From: Acidimicrobiia bacterium | GTDB taxonomy: Bacteria > Actinomycetota > Acidimicrobiia > Spongiisociales > UBA11373 | Assembly: GCA_040878325.1 (NCBI GenBank) | Contig: JBBDMM010000002.1 | Coordinates: forward strand, 124,001-173,264 | Direction of reading: 5' to 3' | Length of the DNA stretch: 49,264 nucleotides | Shown here: in pieces, positions 1 to 10,277 of the stretch | How the letters are laid out: every line of letters starts with the position of its first letter | Position numbering within the stretch: position 1 is the first letter of the stretch | Program-made: the position numbers and the translations under genes | The notes under the pieces: model-generated | Database searches by the model: none | What the model was told of the DNA's origin: nothing | The model's input: only the letters and a program-made list of their open reading frames with translations

Positions 1-1139
1 AGCAGGCCGATTCTCATCAAGGACAGAAGGGCGGCGAAGGTGCGGCCCCGCAAGTCATCCTCGGTCTGTTCGTGGAGGTGAGCGAATCCCAGTACATATG
101 CCGCGCCAGCCCCAAGACCCATCGCCGAGATCCAGCCAACCCCGCCGAAGAGAGTCTTGACGAAGGCGGCAGAGGCGAGCGACACGCCCGTCACGAGAAG
201 GGCGAAGGCGAATACCACGTCCTTGTTCTGGAACCGTGGCCCCCAGATCGTGACTCCCACGATCCCGGCTCCGGCGCCGAGTCCGAAAGCGGTCAGTAGC
301 GCGGGAAAACCAACCGTGCCCGCACCGAGCACCGAGGTGGCGAACGGCTTGCCGAGCACGACAATGATCCCGCCGCCGGCAAGCGCGACTGTCATCGCCA
401 GCACGACCGAGCGAATTCTCCGGTGGCTGGCCACGAACGTGATCCCCTCCCACAGGTCGCGCAGCGGCACCATCAGGCTGAAGCTCCGCTTCTGCCCGGG
501 CCGCCGCTGCCGCCTCGCCTGGGCGGGGAGGGTGGTGAGGATCAGGGCAGACGCGATATAAGTCATCGCGTCCAACAAGAAGGCGAGCCCCACCACTGTC
601 CCCGGTAGAAGACCACCAAGCGTGATGTCGTCGCTGATCGGTGCGATCGCGGTGAAGATCGCCGCGCCGAGCGGAAAGGTTCCGTAGGCCGCGCTCAGCG
701 AGAGGCTGTTCGCCCTGACGATCTCGCTGCGTGCCACGAGTGTCGGCACCGTGGCCTCCTTCGCCGGCTGAAAGATGAGGGTGAGCGCTTCCATCGCCAG
801 GCTTACGTAGATGAGAGCACCGATCGTCTCAACGAACGCCAGACTGAAGACAAGGCAAGCTCGCCCCACCTCGACTGCGATCATCACATACTTACGAGGC
901 AGCCGGTCGGCGATGACGCCGCCGATGGCCGCGAAGAACAGCCCGGGGACGACTCGGGACATGAGGGCGAGCACGATGCCCCCGCCACCGGCGAGCTCAT
1001 CCGCGAGGGTGAGGGTGGCGAGGATCGCCACCCAATCGCCGGTGCTGCTGATCAACCCTGCGCGCCACAGCCGCGAAAAGGGGCCCGACCGCATCAGCGC
1101 CCACGCCGATCGAGGTACGGCCCCGGTTACCTGAGTCAC
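1..1139 (-). CDS. MFS transporter, 3' end beyond window
   Basis: Manual translation from GTG at 1139: MTQVTGAVPRSAWALMRSGPFSRLWRAGLISSTGDWVAILA...GGVIADRLPRK (MFS motif A)...EQTEDDLRGRTFA. Many TM segments; frame stays open to position 1, so it is absent from the ORF track. Confidence 0.88.
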   Translation of the reverse strand, partial: MTQVTGAVPRSAWALMRSGPFSRLWRAGLISSTGDWVAILATLTLADELAGGGGIVLALMSRVVPGLFFAAIGGVIADRLPRKYVMIAVEVGRACLVFSLAFVETIGALIYVSLAMEALTLIFQPAKEATVPTLVARSEIVRANSLSLSAAYGTFPLGAAIFTAIAPISDDITLGGLLPGTVVGLAFLLDAMTYIASALILTTLPAQARRQRRPGQKRSFSLMVPLRDLWEGITFVASHRRIRSVVLAMTVALAGGGIIVVLGKPFATSVLGAGTVGFPALLTAFGLGAGAGIVGVTIWGPRFQNKDVVFAFALLVTGVSLASAAFVKTLFGGVGWISAMGLGAGAAYVLGFAHLHEQTEDDLRGRTFAALLSLMRIGL

Positions 1140-1189
1140 CCGATGAGGCTATCAGAGCCCTCCGTTGGACCCTCCGGACAAACCGAGAG

Positions 1190-3823
1190 CTACTCAGCGC
1201 CCGTCATTGCGTCCGGGGACTCCGGGACTCCCGCAGCCTCGGGGGCCTTCTTGCATGGCTTGATCTTCTTGCCTTCGGCTTCGAGCTTCGCCCGGCGTTC
1301 GGCAAGCAGCTCGGAGGCGCGTTCGATCGAGATCGATTCGACCGCGTCCTCGCGGCGCAGCGAAGCGTTGACCGAGCCATCGGTGACATACGGGCCGAAC
1401 CGACCATCGCGCACCACGACTGCGCACCCGGTTTCCGGGTCGATGCCCACCTCCCTCAAGGGACCGGTGTTCCTGGCACCTCGCCGCTTCGGCTGGGAAA
1501 AAAGCTCGAGTGCCCCGGCAAGGTCGATCTCGAAGATCTGCTCCTCCGTCTCGAGGCTGCGGGTGTCGGTCCCCTTTTTGAGGTATGGGCCGAACTTGCC
1601 GCCCTGGGCCGTGATTTGCTCCCCGCTGTCCGGATCGTTGCCGACAGTTCGAGGAAGCGCCAGAAGCCGGAGGGCGTCATCCATGGTGACCGTGTCCAGG
1701 CTCATCGACTTGAACAGCGAAGCCGTCTTCGGCTTCTTCTTCGAGTCCTCGGGCTCCACCAGAAGGACGTAAGGCCCGAACCTACCCGTCGTGGCAACCA
1801 CCTCGAGTCCGCTTTCTGGGTCGGTGCCGAGTTCGCGCTCACCTGATGGGGCGTCGAACAATTCCTCCACCTTCTCGGCGGTCAACTCGTCCGGTGCCAG
1901 GTCGTCCGGAACGCTCACACGACTCTCCCCGCGCTCGAGATAGGGCCCGTACCGGCCGCTCCGGAGCACTACATCGCCGCTTCCGCCCCCGAAGGGAATC
2001 GTGTTGATCTCCTTGGCATCGGCGTCATCGAACGTCTTGGCCACCAGATCGAGCAACCCGGGATGCCCATTCCCGAAGTAGAAAGTCGAGAGGTAGGGGA
2101 TGTGCTCGCGGTCGCCACCTGCGATCTCATCGAGGTCCTCCTCCATGCGCGCGGTGAATCCGTAGTCGACCAGCGTCGCGAAGTGCCTCTCCAGCAGGCG
2201 GACGGTGGCAAAGGCGAGGAAGGTCGGTACGAGTGCGGAGCCCTTCTTCCACACATACCCGCGATCCTGGATGGTCGAGATGATCGAGGCGTAGGTCGAT
2301 GGCCGACCGATCCCCAACTCCTCCAGCTTCTTCACGAGCGATGCCTCGGTGTACCGAGCGGGAGGTTTGGTCTCGTGCCCGACCGCCTCCAGGCTCTCGG
2401 CATCGACCGCTTGGCCCTCGGACAGGGGCGGCAACCGGACCTCCTGATCCTCGAGCTCGGCCTCCGGGTCGTCGGAGCCCTCGACATACGCCCGGAGGAA
2501 CCCGGGGAACGAGATCACCTTGCCTGATGCGGCGAACTCGGCGTCGCGTCCGGACGCCCCCGCGGCGCCAAGCCGCACCTGGACGCTCTCGCCGATCGCA
2601 TCGGCCATCTGGGAGGCCACGGTCCGTTTCCAGATGAGGTCGTAGAGCCGAGCCTCGTCCTTGTTCAGTTCCGCGGCGACCGCGTCCGGCGTGCGAAAGC
2701 GATCACCAGCCGGACGGATCGCCTCGTGGGCCTCCTGGGCGTTCTTGACCTTGCTGGCGTAGACCCGCGGCGAGTCGGGCAGATACTCGGCGCCGTACAA
2801 CTCGGCGACCTGCGACCGGGCGGCGGCAATCGCCGTCTCTGACAGCGACGTGCTGTCGGTGCGCATGTAGGTGATGTACCCGTTCTCGTAGAGCTTCTGG
2901 GCAACCTGCATCGTGCGCTGTGATCCGAAACGGAGCTTGCGTCCGGCCTCCTGCTGCAATGTGGAGGTTCGAAATGGCGGATACGGGGACCGCTTGTAGG
3001 GCTTGCTCTCGACCCGACGGATGGCGAAATCGGCGGTCTCGAGATCGGCCACGACGTTCTCGGCGCGCTCCTGGTCGAGCACAGCCACATCGCTCTTGGA
3101 GACGGCACCCACGCTGTCGAAGTCCTTCCCGGTGGCGACCCTCACCCCGTCGAGCGCGGCGAGCACGGCGGAGAAGGACCCTTCGTCGGTCGCAAAGACC
3201 CCCGCCACATCCCAGTAGCCGGCAGCCCGGAATGCCATCCGCTCGCGCTCCCGCTCGACGATTATCCGAATCGCCGGGCTCTGCACCCGGCCGGCGGACA
3301 GCTTGGGGCGAATCAACTTCCATAGGACCGGCGAAACCTCATACCCGACGAGGCGATCAAGGATGCGACGTGTCTCCTGAGCGTCGACCAGACGCCGATC
3401 CAGGTCGCGCGGAGAGTCGATGGCGCGTCGGATCGCCTCCGGGGTGATCTCGTGGAACACCATTCGCTTGACCGGCACTCTCGGACTGAGAACCTCGATG
3501 AGGTGCCATGCGATCGACTCGCCTTCTCGGTCCTCGTCGGTGGCGAGATAGACCTCGTCTGCCGCCTTCACCAACTTCTTCAGCTTCGTGATCTGGGCGC
3601 TCTTCTCATTGGGCACGATGTACAGCGGCTTGAAGTCGTTGGCCGTGTCGACCCCGAGGCGCGCCCACGACTCGTCCTTGTGAGACTTGGGAATGTCGGC
3701 GGCGCTGCGCGGCAGGTCCCGCACATGCCCGATCGAGGACTCCACGACGAAGTCGCCGCCGAGGAATCCGGCGATGGTGCGCGCCTTTGCAGGCGACTCG
3801 ACGATGACGAGTTTGGAGGGCAT
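1190..3823 (-). CDS. topA: DNA topoisomerase I (type IA) with actinobacterial C-terminal GRF/YGPY repeats
   Basis: LVIVESPAKA, ATDEDREGE TOPRIM, SAGRVQS, GYITYMRTDS active-site Tyr, QEAHEAIRP; several GR(F/Y)GPY repeats. Confidence 0.98.
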   Translation of the reverse strand: MPSKLVIVESPAKARTIAGFLGGDFVVESSIGHVRDLPRSAADIPKSHKDESWARLGVDTANDFKPLYIVPNEKSAQITKLKKLVKAADEVYLATDEDREGESIAWHLIEVLSPRVPVKRMVFHEITPEAIRRAIDSPRDLDRRLVDAQETRRILDRLVGYEVSPVLWKLIRPKLSAGRVQSPAIRIIVERERERMAFRAAGYWDVAGVFATDEGSFSAVLAALDGVRVATGKDFDSVGAVSKSDVAVLDQERAENVVADLETADFAIRRVESKPYKRSPYPPFRTSTLQQEAGRKLRFGSQRTMQVAQKLYENGYITYMRTDSTSLSETAIAAARSQVAELYGAEYLPDSPRVYASKVKNAQEAHEAIRPAGDRFRTPDAVAAELNKDEARLYDLIWKRTVASQMADAIGESVQVRLGAAGASGRDAEFAASGKVISFPGFLRAYVEGSDDPEAELEDQEVRLPPLSEGQAVDAESLEAVGHETKPPARYTEASLVKKLEELGIGRPSTYASIISTIQDRGYVWKKGSALVPTFLAFATVRLLERHFATLVDYGFTARMEEDLDEIAGGDREHIPYLSTFYFGNGHPGLLDLVAKTFDDADAKEINTIPFGGGSGDVVLRSGRYGPYLERGESRVSVPDDLAPDELTAEKVEELFDAPSGERELGTDPESGLEVVATTGRFGPYVLLVEPEDSKKKPKTASLFKSMSLDTVTMDDALRLLALPRTVGNDPDSGEQITAQGGKFGPYLKKGTDTRSLETEEQIFEIDLAGALELFSQPKRRGARNTGPLREVGIDPETGCAVVVRDGRFGPYVTDGSVNASLRREDAVESISIERASELLAERRAKLEAEGKKIKPCKKAPEAAGVPESPDAMTGAE

Positions 3824-3955
3824 GGTCTCCGCAGGGGACGGGTAGGGGGTGTGCGGATCGGTCGCTGGCTGATCTCCGGGGCGAGCCTATCCGGTAAAGG
3901 GTTTACGACGACACGGGTGCCATGTCAAGGACAGTGCTCCCAATGGCACGCAGAC

Positions 3956-5020
3956 CTATCCAGGGACGGCCTCTCGCAATCCGGCTTCGAAGCGGGCCGC
4001 GGCGGTGTCCCAGGTGAACCGTTCGGCGATCCATTTGCCGCCGGACTGCCCCATCGAAGTAGCCAAGTTCGGATCGTCGACAAGCCGGCGGAGCGCGTCG
4101 AAAAGGGCGTCGTCGCTATCGACCACGAATCCCGTGACTCCTGGATCGATCGTCTCAGGAGCACCGCCTGAACCGCCGGTTATGACGGGCAATCCGGTGG
4201 CAGCGGCCTCCAGGTAGACAACGCCGAGCCCTTCGACCTCGAGACCGAGCCAGCGTGATCGGCATGGCATGGCGAAAACCGACATCTCCCGATACAGAGA
4301 AGGGAGGCGCGAGTACGGGACGCCCACCTCGAACCGGGTCGGCACTCCGAGGCGGTCGGCGAGCCGGCGCAACCGGGCCTCGTCCCTCCCCGCCCCCACG
4401 AGTAGCGCCGAGACATCGCGACCCTCTCTTCTCAGGCGGGCAACTGCGGTGAGCACCCGCCCCTGGCCCTTCCGCGGGACGAACCTGCTCACGCAGCCCA
4501 CCACCGCGGATGCAGGAACGGCTCCGGGGCCAAACGCCGGATCGACCCCGACCCCCACCACCCGGACGGGCCGCCCCGCGAGCCGTTCTACGCGACCCGC
4601 CGTGTAGGTGGAGACTGCGAGCACCGCGTCGGCGCGCCGCAACGGGTACTTCACCAACTGCCGCGTCACCGGGAAGGCCGCCGGCATCGTGACCTCGGCG
4701 CCGTGACAGAGCACCGCATACGGAACCCCTGTCTCCTCTCGAAGGCGGGGCCCCAAGTGGGCCAACGGGTGAGGTGCCCCGAACAGCACGACATCGGGTT
4801 GGAAGTCGGCCACCTGGCTCGCCACCCAACGCCGGGTTCGCCGACTCGGCCACATGAATCGACGGTGGCCGCGGACCACTCCATCGCGCGGCCCGGCGGA
4901 GTCATCCCTCGGGGCGAGCACCCGAATCTCTCCGGGGAACGCCGCCACCAAGCCATTGAGGTACTGCTGAATCCCCCCCGGCTTAGGGGGGAAGTCGTTC
5001 GTGACCAGAAGAACACGCAT
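3956..5020 (-). CDS. Glycosyltransferase family 4 (PimB'-like mannosyltransferase)
   Basis: MRVLLVTNDFPPKPGGIQQY, SRFVPRKGQ, EGLGVVYLEAAATGLPV. Start moved to ATG at 5020 because the upstream extension runs through a heptamer repeat. Confidence 0.9.
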   Translation of the reverse strand: MRVLLVTNDFPPKPGGIQQYLNGLVAAFPGEIRVLAPRDDSAGPRDGVVRGHRRFMWPSRRTRRWVASQVADFQPDVVLFGAPHPLAHLGPRLREETGVPYAVLCHGAEVTMPAAFPVTRQLVKYPLRRADAVLAVSTYTAGRVERLAGRPVRVVGVGVDPAFGPGAVPASAVVGCVSRFVPRKGQGRVLTAVARLRREGRDVSALLVGAGRDEARLRRLADRLGVPTRFEVGVPYSRLPSLYREMSVFAMPCRSRWLGLEVEGLGVVYLEAAATGLPVITGGSGGAPETIDPGVTGFVVDSDDALFDALRRLVDDPNLATSMGQSGGKWIAERFTWDTAAARFEAGLREAVPG

Positions 5021-5043
5021 CTGCGGAGTCTCGCGGGCCGAGG

Positions 5044-5071
5044 GGCGAAGGGCGAAAGGCGAAAGGCGAAA
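5044..5071. repeat. Heptamer tandem array (GGCGAAR)x4
   Basis: ggcgaag ggcgaaa ggcgaaa ggcgaaa. Confidence 0.9.
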
Positions 5072-5143
5072 CCCCGCCGCTGGCAATCGCGACAGATCGG
5101 GTCGTCCGCGGTTTCGCGTCTGCCTCAGGGCGAGGCCCCGAAG

Positions 5144-6343
5144 TCAGACGTTGTAATCCACCAACACCTGTCTGCCGGAGTCGATGCGGACGTGACTGAC
5201 GCTGGTGTTGGACGGCATCGCCAGGCTGCGCCAATTCGACCACGACAGGCCGAGCACCCGGGCGGTCAACGACCAGATGGCGCCGCCGTGGCTGAAGAGG
5301 GCAACCCGTTCCCTCGGATGGAGCTGCTCCATTCGGTCGATGACGCCGGCCAGACGCTCCCCCACCGCGGCGAAAGTGTCGCCGGTGCCCCCACGAGGGC
5401 GGTCCTCACCACCTTCGAAGACGGCGGCCCAGTCCTCGGGATGTCGCTCGGCGATCTCGTGGGGGGTGAGGTTCTCCCAGGAGCCGAAGTCGACTTCGAT
5501 CAACTCGACGAGGGTTTCGACGGGCAAGCCGCGGATCGCGGCGAACGCCTCGGCAGTTGCACGAGCCCGCTCCAAAGGCGAGGCGTAGATACGGGTGACG
5601 CCGCGATGATGTTGGCCCAGATCGGCCGCCTGCCGGCGGCCGCGCTCGGTGAGTGGGCCATCGGTGATGCCGTGCCACCTCCCCGAGGCATTCGCCTCCG
5701 ACTCCGCATGTCGGAACAACGCGATCCCGAGATCGAGGTCGTCGTCGAGGTGGCGGCCATCGTTGAACGACACCAGCCTGAAGCTGCCCTGGTCGACTGC
5801 CATCTCGGTGATGCCGGTGTTGCGAACCCGATCGATCGGCCACGGCGCGGAGCGATCTGCAAAGCGCAGTTGGCTCGCCAGGACCGCGTGGACCACCCCC
5901 CCGTGGGTGACAACGAGAATTCGCGACCCATCGGCCGCGTCACCAACCATCTCGGCGAATGCCACTTTGATTCTCCGCCCCAGGTCGGCCCAGGACTCGG
6001 CGCCCCCCATCTTCACGGGTTGACCGGCCCGGACTCCTGCGATCTCCTCGGGGAAGCGCTCATGAACCTCGCCCCGGGTCAAGCCCTGCCACACCCCGAT
6101 ATCGATCTCCCGCCACGACAGGTCGGGTTTGGCATCGAAGCCGGCGAGGGCAGCGGTCTCGACCGCGCGCGGCAAGTCGGACGCGATGACCAGATCGAAG
6201 GTTCGATCCTGCAGGCGACGGCCCACTGCTGCGGCTTGCGAACGCCCCAGGGCGCTCAGGGGATGATCGCCGTGACCCTGCCAGATACCGGCGGCGTTGG
6301 CCTCGGTCTCGGCGTGGCGAACCAATGTGATCTCGACGGGCAT
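5144..6343 (-). CDS. Tandem two-domain histidine phosphatase (phosphoglycerate mutase-like)
   Basis: Two RHAE(T/S)EAN motifs, SDLPRA/SPLERA, EID.G.W/EVDFGSW, THGG/SHGG. Confidence 0.9.
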   Translation of the reverse strand: MPVEITLVRHAETEANAAGIWQGHGDHPLSALGRSQAAAVGRRLQDRTFDLVIASDLPRAVETAALAGFDAKPDLSWREIDIGVWQGLTRGEVHERFPEEIAGVRAGQPVKMGGAESWADLGRRIKVAFAEMVGDAADGSRILVVTHGGVVHAVLASQLRFADRSAPWPIDRVRNTGITEMAVDQGSFRLVSFNDGRHLDDDLDLGIALFRHAESEANASGRWHGITDGPLTERGRRQAADLGQHHRGVTRIYASPLERARATAEAFAAIRGLPVETLVELIEVDFGSWENLTPHEIAERHPEDWAAVFEGGEDRPRGGTGDTFAAVGERLAGVIDRMEQLHPRERVALFSHGGAIWSLTARVLGLSWSNWRSLAMPSNTSVSHVRIDSGRQVLVDYNV

Positions 6344-6427
6344 CGTGACAAGCCTGCGACGGGGCGCCAAAGGCTAGATCGAACGAATCGCCTGCCAAAT
6401 CGAGGTGCATCCCGTACAATCCACGGC

Positions 6428-6574
6428 ATGGGATTCGTCTGGGGACTCCTCGGCGCCGTCTTCATCGGCATCTACGTGCTGGTGCATCGGGCGCGGGTCA
6501 AGACCATGCGGGATTACATAGAACGCGGTCCCTGGGGCGACAACCCGCCAGGCATGGGCGACGACCGCCGCTGA
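6428..6574 (+). CDS. Small single-TM membrane protein (48 aa)
   Basis: MGFVWGLLGAVFIGIYVLVHRARVKTMRDYIERGPWGDNPPGMGDDRR; fills the intergenic gap; TACAAT -10-like box 7 nt upstream. Confidence 0.55.
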   Translation: MGFVWGLLGAVFIGIYVLVHRARVKTMRDYIERGPWGDNPPGMGDDRR

Positions 6575-6671
6575 CGAAGCGAGAAGCCGCTCTCTCGCGC
6601 CCACCCGGCCCCACAGACGACTTTGTCGATTTGCGAGGTCGCCGGGCGGCCTTCGGCCGGCCAATTACGCC

Positions 6672-8726
6672 CTAGATGAACGCCTCAGCGAAGATGAGCG
6701 ACACGATCGTCATCACCTTGATCACGATGTTCATCGCCGGACCTGCAGTGTCCTTGAATGGGTCCCCGATGGTGTCGCCCACAACGGCCGCCTTGTGAGC
6801 GTCTGAGCCCTTGCCCCCATAGGCACCTGCTTCGATGAACTTCTTGGCGTTGTCCCAGGCCCCTCCCGCGTTGGCCATGAAGATCGCCAATAGAAAGCCG
6901 GTGATCAGCGCGCCAGCCAGGAATCCCCCGAGCGCCTGAACGTCGACGAACCCGATCGCCAGTGGTAGGGCCACCGCCAGCGCCCCGGGAACGATCATCT
7001 CGCGCAGCGCCGATGCCGTTGAGATGTCGACGCAGCGGGCATAGTCCGCCCGGGCATCCTCCCGTCCTTCCCGAAGTCCGGGGATCTCGCGGAATTGGCG
7101 CCGCACTTCTTCGATCATCTGGTGGGCAGCGCGCCCCACCGCCTTGATGGCGAGCGATGCGAACAGGAACGGGAACATCGCCCCAAGGAAGAGACCCACG
7201 GTGGTCTCGACCTGGAGGATGTCGATGACCTCGAGCCCGACAGCCTCCTTGAATGCAAAGAACAGCGCCAAGGCAGTCACCCCCGCGGAGGCGATGGCGA
7301 ATCCCTTGGCGACGGCGGCGGTGGTATTTCCGAGCGAGTCGAGCGCGTCGGTCGCCTGCCGGACCTCGGCTGGAAGGTGAGCCATCTCAGCGATGCCACC
7401 CGCGTTGTCGGCGATGGGCCCGTAGGCGTCGACCGACACCGTTATCCCGAGCGTGGCCAACACCCCGATGGCCGCGATGGCGATTCCATAGATGCCGCCG
7501 TCCGTGAATGCCATCTCTCCGGCCCAGTAGGCGCCCGCAATGCCCGCGGCAACGACGATCACCGAATATGCCGCCGACCGCATCCCGTCGGCGATACCCG
7601 CGAGGACAACCGTGGCAGGACCGGTCTCTGACTGGCGGGCGATCTCCTTGACCGGCCGCCAATGATCGGACGTGAACAGCTCGGACAGTTGGCCGACGGC
7701 CAGCCCGACTGCGAGCCCGATGACGACCGAGAGGAACAACCCCAGCGGATTGTCGACGCCGTCGATGTCGCCGAACATTCCGTAGACGAGGGCAAGTGTT
7801 CCCAGCACCGTGAGGATGGCAGCGGCATAGGTGCCGCGGTGAAGAGCCGCCGCGAGGTTGGTGCCCCGAGGCCGGACCAGGAACGAGCCGATGATGGAGG
7901 CGCCCATACCGATCGCCGCCACCGCCAACGGGAACACCAGGGCCTGCGCCAGAAAGTCGCGGCCGGCGAAGACGAACGCCGCGAAGGCGATCGGCGCCAC
8001 CATCGACCCGACATAGGACTCGAACAGGTCGGCACCCATGCCGGCCACGTCACCGACGTTGTCGCCCACGTTGTCGGCGATCACCGCCGGGTTGCGAGGA
8101 TCGTCCTCGGGGATTCCGGCTTCGACCTTGCCGACGAGGTCGGCACCGACATCGGCAGCCTTGGTGTAGATACCTCCGCCGACGCGGGCGAACAGCGCAA
8201 TGGTCGATCCGCCGAGTCCGACCGCGGTCAGCACCTGAAAAGGTTGATCCACCTCGAGCCATTGGACGAAGACGAGGAAGGCGAACGCGAGACCCGCAAG
8301 TCCCAACCCGGCAACCGTGAACCCCATCACAGCCCCACCTCGGAACGCCAGAGGAAGCGCCTGCTTCACGCCGCCGACCCGCGCTGCCTCGGTGGTGCGG
8401 GAGTTGGCGGCGGTAGCGATGCGCATGCCGATGAAGCCGGCGAGACCCGAGAGCACGGCGCCGAACACATAGGCAATCGCGCCCCATGGCCGCCCGTAGT
8501 CGAGCAGGCCGAAGATCAACCCGGCCATCGCCACCACGAACACCGCCACCCAGGTGTACTCGCGGCGCATGAAGGCCCCAGACCCCTCGCGGATCGCGGC
8601 CGAAATCTCACGCATGCGCTCGTTGCCTTGGGGCGCGGCGAGCACTTGGCGGGCGAAGAAAATGGCAAGAACGAGCCCGAGCAGGCCCGCGCCGACACCG
8701 ATGTACAACCAAACTTCCGGATCCAC
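6672..8726 (-). CDS. hppA: Membrane-bound K+-dependent (probably Na+-translocating) pyrophosphatase
   Basis: GGIYTKAADVGADLVGKVEAGIPEDDPRNP, DNVGDNVGD, GNTTAA (Ala = K+-dependent type), GDTIGDPFKDT. Confidence 0.95.
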   Translation of the reverse strand: MDPEVWLYIGVGAGLLGLVLAIFFARQVLAAPQGNERMREISAAIREGSGAFMRREYTWVAVFVVAMAGLIFGLLDYGRPWGAIAYVFGAVLSGLAGFIGMRIATAANSRTTEAARVGGVKQALPLAFRGGAVMGFTVAGLGLAGLAFAFLVFVQWLEVDQPFQVLTAVGLGGSTIALFARVGGGIYTKAADVGADLVGKVEAGIPEDDPRNPAVIADNVGDNVGDVAGMGADLFESYVGSMVAPIAFAAFVFAGRDFLAQALVFPLAVAAIGMGASIIGSFLVRPRGTNLAAALHRGTYAAAILTVLGTLALVYGMFGDIDGVDNPLGLFLSVVIGLAVGLAVGQLSELFTSDHWRPVKEIARQSETGPATVVLAGIADGMRSAAYSVIVVAAGIAGAYWAGEMAFTDGGIYGIAIAAIGVLATLGITVSVDAYGPIADNAGGIAEMAHLPAEVRQATDALDSLGNTTAAVAKGFAIASAGVTALALFFAFKEAVGLEVIDILQVETTVGLFLGAMFPFLFASLAIKAVGRAAHQMIEEVRRQFREIPGLREGREDARADYARCVDISTASALREMIVPGALAVALPLAIGFVDVQALGGFLAGALITGFLLAIFMANAGGAWDNAKKFIEAGAYGGKGSDAHKAAVVGDTIGDPFKDTAGPAMNIVIKVMTIVSLIFAEAFI

Positions 8727-8819
8727 GAGCGCTCCTCAGGTGACTACGGACAGGGAGATTAGGCGTGCCCGATCAGCCGCCCGCCACCAACAGACGGGCA
8801 ACGGGCATCGGATTGCTGC

Positions 8820-10274
8820 CTACCGCCTCCACAGCTCCCGGGTGAAGAGCAGGACCAGGGGGAAAACCTCGAGACGGCCGACGATCATCAAAAAGGAAAG
8901 CAACCACTTTCCCGCGGCTGGCACTGCGAGGTAGCTGGAGGTCGGGCCGACCGCCGAGAGACCGGGGCCGACGTTCCCGAGCGCCGAGGCGACGGCGGAC
9001 ACCGAGGTCGTGAGATCGAAATTCGTCCCCGAGATCGAGTCGAGTGTGGCAAAGGCGAGTGTTCCCGTCATGAAGAAGAACATGTAAAGCAAGAAGAACG
9101 ACTGGACGCTCTCCGCCACGCGGTCGGGCACCGGCTGGTTACCCAATTTGGTGACGAATACTCCTCGCGGGTGGATGAGACGCCGCAGATCGGCCTTGGA
9201 GCCTTCGTAGAGCACTCCGAGCCGATAGACCTTGACCGAACCCGCGGTGGAACCAGCCATTCCTCCCACAAACATCAGCCCAACCGCCATCACCTGCAAC
9301 CCGGCCGCCCATTGCCCGAAGTCGGCGGTGGCGAACCCTGTGGTGGTCACCAGAGACACCGCAGTAAAGACTCCGTCGCGGATCACGTCGGCGGCGTCGG
9401 TGCCCCAGGTACCGATCACGATGAACGCCGCCGCGCCAGTGAGGATCATCACGTAGAGCCTGAACTCCGGGTGACGCACGTGGACGAGCACGTCCCGGTT
9501 TCTGATGGCCCGGTAGTGCAGTGCAAAGGACGCCCCCGCAATGATCATGAAGACGATCACGATCCACTGCGAATAGGCGTTGAACGCTTCGAGCGAAGCC
9601 GCCTTCGTGCCGAACCCACCGGTAGACATCGTCGCGAACGAATGAGTGATCGCATCGAACAACGACATGTCACCGATCACCAAAAGTGCAGTCTCGAGCG
9701 CAGTGAACGCCACGTACACGAACCAGAGCCGCTTGGCCGTCTCCCGAAAGCGAGGGGTCAGCCGGTCAGGCGTGGGTCCGGGTGACTCGGCACGGGCCAA
9801 TTGCACCCCTCCCGTTCCGAGGAGCGGGAGGATCGCGATCGACAACACGATGATTCCCATCCCGCCTATCCACTGGGTGAGAGCGCGCCACCACAAGACC
9901 GAGAAGGGCAGAGTGGCGGGGTCAGGAACAACCGACGCCCCGGTTGTGGTGAGCCCGGAGGCGGTCTCGAAGAAGGCGTTGGTAAGGCCGTCCAACGATC
10001 CGGTGATCAGGAATGGCAGAGTCCCAGCGAACGACATCGCGATCCACGAAAGACCGACCGCGGCGAACCCCTCGCGGGTGGTGAGGACTCCCTTGGTCCC
10101 GGCGACCCTGCGGCCGAACTCCCCAACTGCCATCACCACGACCGCCACAGCCGCGATCTGCCCGGCCTCGGTCCATTCCCGGTACAGCAGCCCGACCACG
10201 GATGCCGAGAGCATGGCCGCGCCGATCGCCTCCACCACGGCGAAGACGATGTGGACGAGTCTTCGATACGACAT
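8820..10274 (-). CDS. trkH: Trk potassium uptake membrane protein
   Basis: FFETASGLTTTGA, STGGF, TTTGF, GGMAGSTAGSVK, LGNVGPG, GRLE. Confidence 0.95.
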   Translation of the reverse strand: MSYRRLVHIVFAVVEAIGAAMLSASVVGLLYREWTEAGQIAAVAVVVMAVGEFGRRVAGTKGVLTTREGFAAVGLSWIAMSFAGTLPFLITGSLDGLTNAFFETASGLTTTGASVVPDPATLPFSVLWWRALTQWIGGMGIIVLSIAILPLLGTGGVQLARAESPGPTPDRLTPRFRETAKRLWFVYVAFTALETALLVIGDMSLFDAITHSFATMSTGGFGTKAASLEAFNAYSQWIVIVFMIIAGASFALHYRAIRNRDVLVHVRHPEFRLYVMILTGAAAFIVIGTWGTDAADVIRDGVFTAVSLVTTTGFATADFGQWAAGLQVMAVGLMFVGGMAGSTAGSVKVYRLGVLYEGSKADLRRLIHPRGVFVTKLGNQPVPDRVAESVQSFFLLYMFFFMTGTLAFATLDSISGTNFDLTTSVSAVASALGNVGPGLSAVGPTSSYLAVPAAGKWLLSFLMIVGRLEVFPLVLLFTRELWRR

Positions 10275-10277
10275 CGG

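Noticed and set aside
4703..6427. Long antisense ORFs (e.g. 623 aa at 4703, 601 aa at 43274, 514 aa at 35685, 501 aa at 42052)
   Set aside because: These are shadow ORFs opposite well-supported genes in high-GC DNA, with no recognisable motifs.
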